This document shows positions 47,590-60,359 of a DNA stretch of 64,000 nt, in pieces. This DNA is from Azolla caroliniana. Lineage: Eukaryota; Plantae; Polypodiophyta. Both the position numbers and the translations under genes were made by a program. Numbering within the stretch: position 1 is the first letter of the stretch; each line of letters starts with the position of its first letter. Below the pieces are notes generated by a model that worked only from the letters and a program-made list of their open reading frames with translations, was not told the DNA's origin and made no database searches. The stretch is from the NCBI GenBank assembly GCA_043228905.1, contig JBHGNT010000015.1, positions 11,222,001 to 11,286,000 on the forward strand, written 5' to 3'.

Positions 47590-49925
47590 TCAAATTGTCG
47601 AACCACGCGACATTATATGCCGTCTACTCCTTTATGGTATAATGTGTTGTGAAAGAGGCAGAAATTTCGACTTCAAATTGCCAGACTTTTTTGTTCATCC
47701 ATTGGCATCCCTTCTGGTGGCAATCCGGTACTAAGAAAGATTGTTATCTCTGTAATCCATGAATCAACCTTTTCTTCATCTATTTCCATTGAATCCACTA
47801 TGTTGACTTGGAAGAGTTGAGCATCGGGAAAATCATCCTTCAGTCCTATACCTAGCTCTCCTGACTCCACTCGACTTCGATAGTCAGCTACTGCATGTTG
47901 CACCCCTAGTCGATGAATTCTATCGAATTCAAATTCCTGCAGCAATAGTGTCCATCTGGCCAGTTTACCTATTAATTCTTGTTTTGACACCAAGCATAAT
48001 AGTGTCGAATGATCCACATGAAATGTGAATTTCTGACCTAACAGGTAATGTCAGAATTTTTTGACACTATATATCATTCTGAGAGCCTCGCGTTCTGTTG
48101 TCGAATAATTTAGTTCGACCATTGATAATTTTCAACTCACGTAATAGACTGGCCTATACCAGTTTAGCTCTGACAGTTGCATTAACGAACTTCTGATAGC
48201 CACATCGGATGCTTTGACAAATACATGAAAGTCTTTTCCCCAATCGGGAGGTTGTATGACCGGGGCCTTGGTTAGCATCTTCTTTAGATAGTCATATGCA
48301 TCCTGTCAGTTGTTGTCCATTGAAAAGGCACTTTATGTACGACTATATGTAAGGGCGTCGTCACATCGGCTAGATATCGAATCATCCGACTGAGGGCATT
48401 AGCATTTGTCGGAGGTGGAGCATCCATGATCGCCTTTACTTTGTCGAGGTCGACTGCGATACCTTCTCGACTGACTATATGCCTAAGCAATGTACCACTT
48501 GTTACACCAAATGCGCATTTAGCAGGATTTAGACTGAGCCGACCTTATTGACACTGTTCCAAACATATCAAAGATGTTCCAAATGATCGGCTTTTCTTTT
48601 GTAGACCGTGGAATCATCCAAAAATACCTGCATAAATGCTGGTATATAATCCGTAAAAATTTCTTGGATGACTCTCTGAAATGTTGTCGGAGTTGTTTTC
48701 AAGCCGAACATCATCACCACTGCCATGAATACTCCACATTCAATGACGAACGTTGTCTTTTCTTGATCATTAGGATGCATCCCAACCTGATTATATCCAC
48801 TAAATCCATCTAGAAAACTGTAGATTTCGTGGTCTGCCACTGCATCTACAACTCCATCAGTAAACAGAAAACCATCTGTTACCGTGGCCGTATTCAATTT
48901 TCTGTAATCGACACATACCCTAATATTTCCATTCTTCTTGGGTACAATGACTATAATTGGACATAACCAAGTGGCCTTTTTTACCGGCCAAATGAAGCCG
49001 ACTCTGAGTAGTTTGTTGATTTCTTCTTTCACTTTAGCTGCATAATTCGAATTCAGCAAGTATCGTCGTTGTTGCACCGGCTTCACATCTTTATGTAAAT
49101 TGATTTGATGTTGACAGAACGCCAGATCGAGGCCCTTCATATCCTCAAACGACCATGCGAAAACATCCTTATATTGCCGTAATAGGTCGATCAACTTAGC
49201 TTTATCTTCCAACTCCATTTCTTTGGCTATTAGAATTGTCTTTGGTTCGGCCTCTTTGTCAGCTAAATTTAATTCCTCTAATGCCAATGCTTGAACTCTC
49301 TGGGATACCTACATCTCTCTTTCCATAGCTTCTTTTTGGAACCGTAATTCCTTTATAGTTTTGTCGCCGACAGGAATTCCCTCTTCTTTTTCTTCCTCAT
49401 CGAAATATGGTGTGAGTGTTTGCACGATATCGACTTCGAATAGTGGAATGATTTTGGGATTGTCCTTTAAGTATTGTTCTTCCTCCTCCTCATCCAATCC
49501 CTCCAACATGTTTATTGCCTCCGCATGGATTTGTAAACTTTGTCTGATCGTGCTAACTTTTTCTTGCGTCGACACCCGAATTTTGTGCTTGCCTTTCTGG
49601 AATGTCAGAGTGTTCTTCTGCCAATTCTGTTTAATGTTAGCCATTTTCAAGCAAGGTTGGCCCAATAATAAGGGATATGCACGTGGTGCATCTAAGTGAA
49701 GAACTACTACTAAGATCTGAAATGTGTGGCCACCTATAACAATATCTAATTGTCGAATTAGACCAAGTGGTCGAACTGTGCTTGTGTCGGCCATCCGTAA
49801 CCGGAATGGACATGCATCCCATTTGGTAATGTCGAGTCGATCACATGTAAGTTTATTAATTACATTGACCCCCGAACCACATTCAACAATGCTTCCCGTG
49901 ACCTCTTGGCCCCGAATTATCACCT
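47590..49925 (-). pseudogene. pol: Degenerate non-chromovirus gypsy pol (PR-RT-RNaseH-start of integrase)
   Basis: IVECGSGVNVI, LLLGQP, FAWSFEDMKG, RVCVDYRKLN, SFLDGFSGYNQ, VFLDD, ARWTLLLQEFEF. Confidence 0.88.
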
Positions 49926-51417
49926 TTATTGCTCACTACATTCTAACAAAAAACAAGCCTTCTGTTGTTGTATAAGATGAACCCCTTTTCCACTTTCTGT
50001 TCCTCTCTGAATATCTAATTCTCTCTCAGAAGATGAACCCAAACTAAGATTTCAATTCCAAATATGAATAATTTTTGTCAGATAGAACACTATCTACCTA
50101 TCCCCCCTTTTTTTTCTCGAAAAAAATATACTCCATTGGTATTAAAATGAAAATGGCCAAAGGCAATATACAAAATAGTCCAATGTTTATAGGTAAAGAT
50201 AATTCCTTTCCTTCAAACAAACATGAGAAATAGCCTTTAATATTTCCTTCGAACTCTTCCGCAATAAATTATCCACAATCACTAAACCGGTCTTTGACAT
50301 GCAAAACATAAAACAAATAATGACTATTATTTTTTGTACATGCCAAATAAACATGAAGAATAGTCTTCAATACTTCCTTCCAGGTCTTCCGCAAGATCAT
50401 CGATAATCACTCAACCAGTCTTTCATATTATCAATTGCTTTACACTATGTGCTTCCTCCTCGAAGATATGTAGGTTGTAAACCAGTTTTTCATTGACCTG
50501 CATCACAAGATCTTGGGAAATCGTTGTTCTTCAACACTTGTTACAAATGTTGCATTTGTAGACAACAAACTTACCATGATACACATGCACTTGGAATTCC
50601 TTCATCTCCACAACCCCTCAACAATCCGTTGTCGTGAGGATTTTCAGTCATTGTGAGAAAACCGAGTGGGGTGAATAAAATGGGGATGTGCAACATTGCA
50701 CATGCACTTAAGGAATTTGTAAAATAGGAAAAGTAACAAAATGTAAAGGGAAGGGTAAAAATCTAAGGTGCTAAAAGGGGACCACAAAGTTTGTGAAATA
50801 TAAAGCTGATATGTACTTAGGGGCTCATGCACATGTAGACTAAAGGGGAGTGTATGGAAGTACGTTGTAATAAGTAGAGGGCGTGGGTGTGTGTGAATGT
50901 GAGAGGAGAGGGAGTTAAGACCCCATTAATCTCTCCTCCTCAAATCAAGGCCAAATATTCCCCCATTGAAAGAAGGGGGATTTGACCTCTTCTTTATGTA
51001 ATGTGCCTCACCCCTTACTACTATAAAAAGGAGTGAGGGGCCATTTTTGAGGGGTTTCCACTTTTTGGGTTGCCATTAGGGTTTCAGAGTTTTGGGTTTT
51101 AGGATCTCGTTTTAGGGGTTTCATTCATCATCATCATCTTCTTCTTCTTCTTCTTTTCCCCCATCCGGTTAGGGTTTCATCTAGAGGGTTTACATTTAGC
51201 CTAAGCGACCATGGTTGTAATTCATGTGGTGTTTTCGTAATATAATCATTTGATGAATCTTGTCTTGTCTTTGTCATGACGACATACATTTTGGCCTTAC
51301 AAGGATTCGAGCTCAAGACGTCTTGGTCTATATGTTAGACCTTTAACCATTATACTAACATATATGATGTATAGTTATAATAAATGTATTATTAGTTATT
51401 ACAAGACATTTAGAGTA

Positions 51418-51536
51418 TTCTAGAACATTCTAGAGTATTCTAGAACATTCTAGGATATTCCATGATTATATTAAATATCATAAATATCTAAAATATTCTA
51501 GAACATTCTAGAATACTCCATAAGGACCTATAAATA
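51418..51536 (+). promoter_or_regulatory. LTR promoter: heat-shock-element-like TTCnnGAAnnTTC repeats and TATA box (51529-51536)
   Basis: TTCTAGAACATTCTAG repeated; TATAAATA. Confidence 0.65.
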
Positions 51537-51651
51537 GGTGTCTATTCATTCATCACAACTCATTCGGTTCAACACCAGTTTGTAGCCCCTTAGCCTACTC
51601 TTTGTAATCCTTGCTCTCTTATAATATAAACTCTCTTTCCATCTCTAGTGT

Positions 51652-51699
<48 letters not shown>

Positions 51700-51752
51700 T
51701 ACCTTCTACTGTCATCTTATTTTTCTCTCTCCTATTCTCAAGTCACGACAGT

Positions 51753-51763
51753 TTGAACCGAAT
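51753..51763 (+). promoter_or_regulatory. Self-priming PBS (11 nt) complementary to 51562-51572
   Basis: TTGAACCGAAT vs ATTCGGTTCAA; no TGG tRNA-type PBS. Confidence 0.85.
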
Positions 51764-51843
51764 CTATCTCTTTTCTTCTTCTCCAACTTCTTCTTCTTAT
51801 CTTAACCTTATTCAACCAAATCTAGCAATTTTCTATCACAACT

Positions 51844-52962
51844 ATGGAGTCCGTCAGCAAGCAAGAATATATGTGTGTTCTCTCCGAGCTCGAAATGCTA
51901 ACAACCAAATTTGTGGCACTAGAGCATGAAAATCAAAGATTGTTGGGAGACTTACAACAAGTAAGTGCTGAAAAAGTACAACAATATGAAGAATTATCTC
52001 AACGGGTGCATCAATTGGAGACTACTCTATTGCAGCGACAAGCAGCGGAAGTTCAAACCTCGCGGAAGGAACCCAAGATTAGTCTGTCGGCCAAGTTTGA
52101 TGGTACAAGGTCTCAGTTTCGTGGATTTTTAAATCAGGTACGGCTTGTGATTAAATTGCATCCTAGCCGTTACCCAACTGATGTTGCTCGTGTGGGTCTA
52201 GTTGGTACCTTGTTAACGGGTACCGCATTAGCGTGGTTTGCACCACTCCTAGAGAAGAACTCACCATTATTAGAAGATTTTGAAGGGTTTATTAATGAGT
52301 TCCAAGCCAACTTTGGAGACACTGATAGTATGAGGATTGCAATAAACAAAATTCGGCGATTACGACAAGGAGATCGTCCTACTTCCGCTTATGCTGCAGA
52401 TTTTCGCCTTCTAGCATGTGATATTCCATGGGACGAGGCAGCATTGATGGACCAATTTCGTCAAGGTCTGCGCAATGATGTGAAGGATTTACTTCTTACC
52501 TTCCATGATGATCCAAAATCTCTTACTGAAGCAGTAAGTCGGGCCATGCGATGTGACAATCGCTTATTTGAGCGGCGTTCTGAGCGCTAACAAATGTTAC
52601 ATTTTCGACCAACAGAAACATATGCTTCGGTGGTTGCAACTCCACCCCAAGTATCAAAGTCAAGTGTGGTGGAAGGCCCTACTCCAATGGAAATCGAGAC
52701 AACACGACGTCGAGGACCATTATCGGATGCTGAAAAGCAACGACGGAGAGCGAATCGTCTATGCCTCTATTGTGGTGGTCCAGGGCATATTGTTGTGAAT
52801 TGTCCACATAAACCACGATGACAAGTTAACCAAGTAAGTGCTCATGACAATCCCATCTCAATTTCTGCCCCGCCTTCTCGTAACCCAAGTAGGCCTGGTA
52901 GTCCCTGTCATAAAAATACATTTGATGTCTTGAGCCAATTAGATGATGTGTTAAACGAGTAA
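51844..52962 (+). pseudogene. gag: Chromovirus gag with two premature stops (52588, 52819)
   Basis: KFDGTRSQFRGFLNQ, LRQGDRP, PMEIE, CLYCGGPGHIVVNC; the frame continues to TAA at 52960-52962. Confidence 0.88.
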
Positions 52963-55900
52963 GTCCGGCCAAAATCGGAGCCATTTGGTTGGACAACCCT
53001 AGGCATGTAACGTCTGTCCCTAGTTGTGGTTCCATTTCATCCGGACAAGTTAGTCGAGTTTTCTCTGCACAAGTTGAGCTTAACACATCTAGGTGCCATC
53101 GAGTCCCAGTTTCTGCCCTCTTAGACTCTGGAGCCAACTCTTGTTTCATGGATCGTGAGTTTGCTGTAATGCATAATATTCAGTTGCATAAGCTCCCAAG
53201 GCCAGTGTCAGTCGGAGTCATTGATGGACGCCCCATAGCATCAGGTGATATAGTTGAAGAGTCTGAACCAATTCATGTAGTCCTAGGCAATTTGGCTAGT
53301 GTCATCTCATTCAACATCATTAGTAGTCCAGAGCACTCCCTAGTTCTTGGTCTTCCATGGTTTGAGCTACATAACCCAACTATTGATTGGAGAAAAAGAA
53401 CCATCGAAGAAGTCACAATACATTCTGAGCCTCTTAGAACTCCAACAAAGGATATGACATTCCAAAAGATTTCGACAATCTCTATACATCAATTACGTGA
53501 GGAAGGACGAAAGGAAGACATGTTGGTGTTCACAGTTTTAGCAACTCCCACATCGAGCTCACAAGAATCGGGGGTCCAACTACCGAAGAAATATATAGAA
53601 TTCTCTGATGTTTTTGATAAGGTGAAGGCCAATAGACTACCAGAGCATCGACCATATGATTGCCCGATTGATTTGCAGCCCGGAAAAGAGCCTCCATGGG
53701 GGCCAATTTATAACCTTTCACCCACAGAGTTAGAGGTTCTTCAGGAATATATTGATGAGAACTTGGCAAATGGGTTTATCCAGCATTCAAGATCTCCTGC
53801 CGGCGCACCCATATTTTTCGTTAAGAAGAAAGATGGTTCGCTTCGTCTGGTCGTGGATTATCGAGGATTGAATAAAGTAACTATTCGAAACCGATATGCT
53901 CTACCATTGATTTTGAGCCTTCTGGAACGCCTCAATGGAGCTAAGTATTTCACAAAGTTAGATCTTCGAGGTGCTTACAATCTTGTTCGAATTCGTCCTG
54001 GGGATGAATGGAAGACTGCTTTTCGTACTCGCTATGGCCATTTTGAGTATACAGTGATGCCATTTGGTCTCACGAATGCACCAACAATTTTCCAACATAT
54101 GGCGAATGACATTTTTCGAGATTTCCTCGATATTTTCGTCATAATTTACCTACATGATATCTTGATCTACTCAAAAACTCAAGAGGATCATGATATACAC
54201 GTTCGACAAGCTTTGCAATGGTTGCGTGAATATGGTCTCTATGCAAAATTGGAGAAGTGCAGCTTTGACCAGCGTCAAGTGGAATTTTTGGGGTACATAG
54301 TCTCTTCACATGGCATCTCTATGGATCCAGCAAAGGTTCAAACAGTTTTGGATTGGCAAACACCACAGTCTGTGCGAGATGTACAATGTTTTTTAGGGTT
54401 CACAAACTTTTATCGCAAGTTCATCAAAGATTATTCAAAGATCGTATTGCCCCTCACTCAACTGACACAGAAGAATCAACCATTTGTGTGGAGTATAAAT
54501 GCAAACTCTGCATTTGAAGGATTAAAGCAAGCATTTACATCCGCACCAATTTTGATGCATGTTGATCCATTGAAGCGCTTTATACTGGAAGTTGATGCAT
54601 CTAACTTCGCATTAGGAAGCGTATTATCCCAGATTAGCAATGATGGCCAACTACACCCTGTGGCTTTTCTCATTCATGGAAATTCGAAGCTGCAGAAATC
54701 AACTATGAGATTCACGACAAAGAGCTTCTTGCCATTGTGGATTCTTTTCAACAATGGCGTCATTTTTTGGAGGGTTCGTCTCAACAAATCATTGTCTATA
54801 ATGATCACAAAAATCTAACGTACTTCCAAAGTGCTCGAGTCTTGAGTCGTCGACAAGCTCGTTGGGCGCAATTTTTAACTCGTTTTGATTTCGTAATTCT
54901 ATATCGCCCTGGGACGCAACAAGGCAAAGCAGATGCTTTATCTCAGCGTTCATATATGGAACTTCAACCAAGAGAGGCCGCATTTGAAAGTCAGAAGAAA
55001 ATCCTCTTGGGTCCTGACCGTCTACGACTAATGGCTTTTCATGCTATAGACACACTCAAGGATTCAAGTCTTCTAGACTCCATTCGGGAGCATATTGAGA
55101 CTGATGAATTTGCCCAAGATATTCTGAGCCATATTATCCCAGATCGTGCTTCTTGTTCACAATCTCAAAATCCTCGTCAAGACTACAACCAGTTCAATTG
55201 GCATGATGGTTTACTTTTTCGACAAAATCTCTTATATGTGCCTGATGGTCCTTCTCGACTTCAAGTCTTGCAACAATGTCATGATACACCAATGGCTGGA
55301 CATTTTGGCATCCACAAGACTTTGGCGTTAATTTCTCGAAGGTATTGGTGGCCACGACTTCGCCATTTTGTTACGGATTATGTTCGTAGTTGTGATACAT
55401 GTTGCCGATCCAAAAAACCTCGACATCATCCATATGGCTTATTACATCCAATGCCTATTCCTGAGAGTCCATGGAAATCTATTTCATTGGACTTCATTAC
55501 GGATCTACCACCTTCCAAGGGTTTTGATTCTATTCTCACGGTAGTAGATCGTTTTACCAAGATGGCACATTTTCTTCCCTGCACAAAGGCCATTACGAGC
55601 CAAGAGACAGCCGAGTTACTCATGCGAGAGGTGTTTCGGCATCATGGTGTTCCTGATGATATTATCAGTGATCGGGGTCCCCAGTTCATCTCAAAATTTT
55701 GGTGGCACATGTTCAAACTGTTACATACTTCTTGCAAACTCTCTTCCGGCTACCATCCAGAAACTAACGGACAGAGTGAGCGCACCAACCAAACAGTAGA
55801 ACAATATCTTCGTTGTTTTGTCAACTATCAACAAGATGATTGGGTTGATCTATTACATTTGGCGGAATTTGCTTACAACAACTCAGAACATTCTTCTACT

Positions 55901-56596
55901 GGATATTCCCCATTTTTTGCAAACATTGGGTACCATCCTCGTTGGACTATGCTTGAACATCCCGAACTCCCGACAAACCCGGTTGCTAAAGATCAGCTCA
56001 CCCGACTCCAAGAAGTTCAAGATATCCTTTTGCACCATTTATGTGATGCTCAAAACACTCAAAAGAAGGTTGCCGACCGTCATTGACGTGATTCATCGAC
56101 TACGTTTCAAGTGGGGGATCGAGTATGGCTTTTACAAGGTCGCATTAAAACAACCCGACCTTGCTGCAAATTGGATTATCAACGTTTTGGCCCATATGTG
56201 ATATCTGGTAAGATCAATGATGTGGCATTTCGCCTTGGTCTTCCCCCTCATATGCATCTTCACCCGGTCTTCCATGTTTCAATTTTGGAGCCGTACACAA
56301 CCAGCTCCATTCCAGGCCGTCTTACATCTCCCCCACTTCCAATCGAAATTTCGGATGGCTCCGAATATGAAGTTGCTGCCATTCTCGACTCCAAGATCGT
56401 TCACAACAAACTGTATTATTTGGTTGACTGGTTAGGTTATACACCTAATGATCGAACATGGGAACCTCTTGAGAATCTTGCTAATGCCTCCGAAATGGTT
56501 GCTGCATTTCACAACAAATATCCTCATAAGCCAAGTCCGAAATGTCGTCTTCCGACTCGTGGAACTCATCGTCGAAAAGGGGGGATAATGTCATGA
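52950..56596 (+). pseudogene. pol: Chromovirus pol (PR-RT-RNaseH-IN-chromodomain), -1 frame relative to gag
   Basis: LLDSGANS, YLHD (mutated YLDD), frameshift near 54670, SDRGPQF, stop at 56084, EYEVAAILDS..YLVDWLGY..TWEP. Confidence 0.9.
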
Positions 56597-57289
56597 CGAC
56601 ATACATTTTGGCCTTACAAGGATTCGAGCTCAAGACGTCTTGGTCTATATGTTAGACCTTTAACCATTATACTAACATATATGATGTATAGTTATAATAA
56701 ATGTATTATTAGTTATTACAAGACATTTAGAGTATTCTAGAACATTCTAGGATATTCCATGATTATATTAAATATCATAAATATCTAAAATATTCTAGAA
56801 CATTCCAGAATACTCCATAAGGACCTATAAATAGGTGTCTATTCATTCATCACAACTCATTCGGTTCAACACCAGTTTGTAGCCCCTTAGCCTACTCTTT
56901 GTAATCCTTGCTCTCTTATAATATAAACTCTCTTTCCATCTCTAGTGTTCTTTCTCTCTCTCTCTCTCTCCCTTTACCTTCTACTGTCATCTTATTTTTC
57001 TCTCTCCTATTCTCAAGTCACGACAGTCTTGTCTCTAATCTTAATCTCTCCAATCTTAATCTCTCTAACCTTAATCTTTCCCTTCTCGGTTAAACTCCCA
57101 AGCTTCTTTCCCTTCTCTCACTCTCTAGTCCAAGACCCCCGTGGTCTCGTCCTATCAGACACGCACCCGCGGAATTCCACGACACCGCTTTATCACAAGA
57201 AGAGAATAATCCATCAACAGTCTAGTTTATCACAACTTTCATATTCTCACATTAGCCATGTCGACTTTCACTTTATCATAACCTCAAAA

Positions 57290-58265
57290 AAACATGCTTC
57301 GACCCCCACAGCATCTTCACTCATCCTTATCCCACAAAAAAAAAATCTTCATCAAGTCCGCATCCATCTCGTCGACTATCATCCCTTTCCTATACAAATA
57401 AGAAACAAAATAAATCTAGAGTGTTTCCTCATCCCCTCATGATCTGCTTCGCCTCCCACACCATCATCACTCATCCTCTCGTCATGTTGATATTCATTAT
57501 TCATATGCTTCAATCCCTACCACCACACCAACATCACTCCTCCTAATGACCAACATAAATCTTCTTCATTCAACAGCTCAAGCTCGCCATGTCACCAATT
57601 TCCATCAACATCCTGTATAGACAACAAATATTTAGTGTAAACAGTTTCCTCACCTACTCATGATAATCTACTTCAAACCCCACACCATCTTCACTCATCC
57701 TTATCACTCAAAAGAATTTGCTTCTTAAGTCCACATCAACCAGCTTGCCATCTCACCGATTGCCATGAACATCCTGTATAGACAACAAAAATTTAGTGTA
57801 AACAATTTCCTCACCTACTCATGATAATCTGCTTCAACCCCCACACCATCTTCGCTCATCCTTATCGCTCAAAAGAATATGTTACTTAAGTCCACATCAA
57901 CCACCTCACTGATTACCACCAAGTTCTTGTACCAATAACACCAAAATGAATATAGAATGGTTTCTCATCCCCTCATATATTTGCTTCAGCCCCCCACACC
58001 ATCAACACTCATCCTCTTGTCATGGCAATATGATATAAAGACAAATAACTGTAACGTGACAAAAACGACAACTAGATCCTGTTTGTTGCAATCCCTAAGA
58101 AACCTAAAATCTTCTTCATTCTGTCCACATCAACATCTCGCCGACCAGCTTGCCATGTCACTGACTACCACCAACATCCTGTACGGACAACAAAAAAATG
58201 ATTCTAAAATATTCCTCTCGTTATGACAATCTGCTTCAGCCCCCACAATAGCATCACTTATCCTA
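57290..58265. repeat. Degenerate tandem repeat array (~7 copies, period often ~150-160 bp)
   Basis: Recurring core TGCTTCAnCCCCCACACCATCnTCACTCATCCT near 57295, 57447, 57506, 57668, 57830, 57982, 58232. Confidence 0.7.
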
Positions 58266-58295
58266 ACAAAAAAAACATCACTCATCTATGTTATG

Positions 58296-59090
58296 TCATG
58301 TTGTTTGTACTAAAGATGGTGCCGGTGGCGGGAACAACCAACGAGGTGGTACGTAATTCCACTTGACATCAGCAGCTGCAACCAACATAATAGGAATAGA
58401 TGACCAAACTCTACGAATTCTCATTCTTTTCTTATTAGTTTTGTTTCTAGAACCCTTATAACTATCATAATCACCTTTAACCGTATGTACCAATAAGTCC
58501 CAAAAAGACTTAACCTGATCCACGAAGTGAATGTTTTCATCATTGTATAGCTTGGAACACCTAGCTTTCCAAAGAACCCATAAAGCCAAAGAGGAGACAA
58601 TCTGCCTAACATAACTCCGGGAGAAAAACTTGATTCCCTGCAAGGAGCTTGAAGTAGATTATACCTAAAAAATTCTCACATGTAATGATGATAAAATGTC
58701 ATTTGTTGATCCAACCTTCCCTAGAAGATTGCACCCCACGTGAAAATCCCCGACCCATACTTATGACCTAGTAGCCTAAGAATTCATAACCAAATTTTTT
58801 TTGCAATAACACATTTACAAAATACATGACGCAATGACTCACGTGCAAAACCACACATAACGCATGACCGATCAATCAAAGATCCCCTCAGAAAATCACC
58901 TACGAGCAACGCATAATGAATCATCAACCAACGAAGGTGTAATATCTTGTTCATACATTTAGTTGACCAAAACTTTTTCCAAAACATCATCATATGAGAA
59001 GATGAGACATTACCTTCCTCCCAATATTTTTTTCCAATAGGTACTGACTCGGTCTGCCTCAATATAAAGTTTCTCCCAAACGCCACTGAA
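58296..59090 (-). pseudogene. L1-like LINE ORF2 C-terminal remnant
   Basis: FWKKFWS..WLMIHYAL..SCVMCGFARESLRHVFCKC..KKIW and LWVLWKARC motifs. Confidence 0.8.
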
Positions 59091-59639
59091 TATGTAAAGA
59101 ATGGGAGGACCTTAACTATGGAATATCTACCTATCCCCTTTAAAAAGCATCCCTTTATTTCTGTTCATGTTTGATCTCTAATTCCATTTTTGCATAAGAG
59201 GATCTCCAGACCTTATCGGAATAAGTTCTGCCAATACCTCAGAAATCGATTTCTTCACGCTTCTGATGAAGATTTAAATCTCATCCTTCCTCCCAAGGCT
59301 GAAGTTTCTATGGCATAATTAGCGAATCGATTCTATGGCAATGTTGTGCATTCTGAACCTCCTCTGCTGTTTGATCTCGATGGAAAAGGCAATGAAATAT
59401 TTCCAACAGTATATGCACTATATGGCTTAGGCATGGGCTGTGAAAGTTCTTGGAAATGCATCCCCTATTGTTGTTGTAATAACTATGAGCAGTTCTAAAG
59501 GAATGAAAACAAGGATTCATGCGAAGGCATTGCGTATAACTTAGAGATACACTATGGGAATCACCTGAAGGGTGCAATGTTCCTAATACTCGATTCTTGA
59601 AAGCTATGGTTACACGAAATTCTGCATTTGTGAAAGGAG

Positions 59640-60240
59640 AGTCTATTGAAGAACCTTTTGATGACTCAAAATGATATAGCTTCTGAAGAAGCTTGCTGTT
59701 GCTGATGATGATGATAATGGTATCATTAAGAAAAAGGTAAAGAAGCTGGAAGAACGAATTGAATTAGCTAAAATGAAGATAGGGGCCCTACTGGATGCCA
59801 AGGACAACGACATCCAAGAATTGAAACATTTAGTCATACAACAAAAGGAAGTAACAAAGTAGGAGTAGGAAAAAGTGGAGGAGCTGGAGGAATATATTTG
59901 ATTCCAGATGGAACAACAGGCCGAGCACTTGGCGAAGCTTGAGCTCGGAAAAACAGACTTGCATACGGAATACTTGAAGCATAAGGTACAGTTCAACAAT
60001 GGAAAGAAGGATTTGACACAACGGTACAGAGCACTTGAGGCGAAATATGAGGAGAAACGCTTGGGACTACTGGTGGCCGAAGTAAAGTTAATGTTTGACA
60101 TAGGGTCGGCAAAGCCTCACCTAGCGAAGATGCGATAGCGGAGATGCGGAAGGAGCTCGCTGCAATGCAATACAAGGTAAGTATGGGCGAAGAAAAGGTG
60201 AATCAAATCTTGAGGGCACACAAGCGTCCAATGCGAGAAC
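59640..60240 (+). pseudogene. Degenerate coiled-coil-rich coding remnant of unknown origin
   Basis: K/E/L-rich frame (KKKVKKLEERIELAK...MEQQAEHLAKLEL) interrupted by stops. Confidence 0.35.
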
Positions 60241-60318
60241 TAGTTATCAACTCCTTGGACAAAGGATGTGTAAAAACAAACGTGTGGAAGCTTTAGACAA
60301 CCGGTGTGGCCGGATAGC

Positions 60319-60359
<41 letters not shown>

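Larger units (their letters stand above)
51272..57025 (+). mobile_element. Full-length Tcn1/Tf1-like chromovirus (Ty3/gypsy), mildly degenerate
   Basis: LTRs 51272-51750 and 56589-57025; TSD GTCTT; PPT AAAAGGGGGGATAA; gag and pol with C-terminal chromodomain. Confidence 0.95.
50630..57184 (+). mobile_element. Solo LTR of the tRNA-Trp group (50630-51271 + 57031-57184) interrupted by a chromovirus
   Basis: TGTCGTGAGG start; CTAGTCCAAGACCCCCGTGGTC...CCACGACA end as in the E1 LTR; flanks CCGT/CCGC. Confidence 0.82.

Noticed and set aside
45040-47590. Possible host gene in the AT-rich region
   Set aside because: No credible ORFs, motifs or exon structure visible
50218-50428. Diverged ~130-bp direct repeat
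   Set aside because: Only two degenerate copies and no interpretable function
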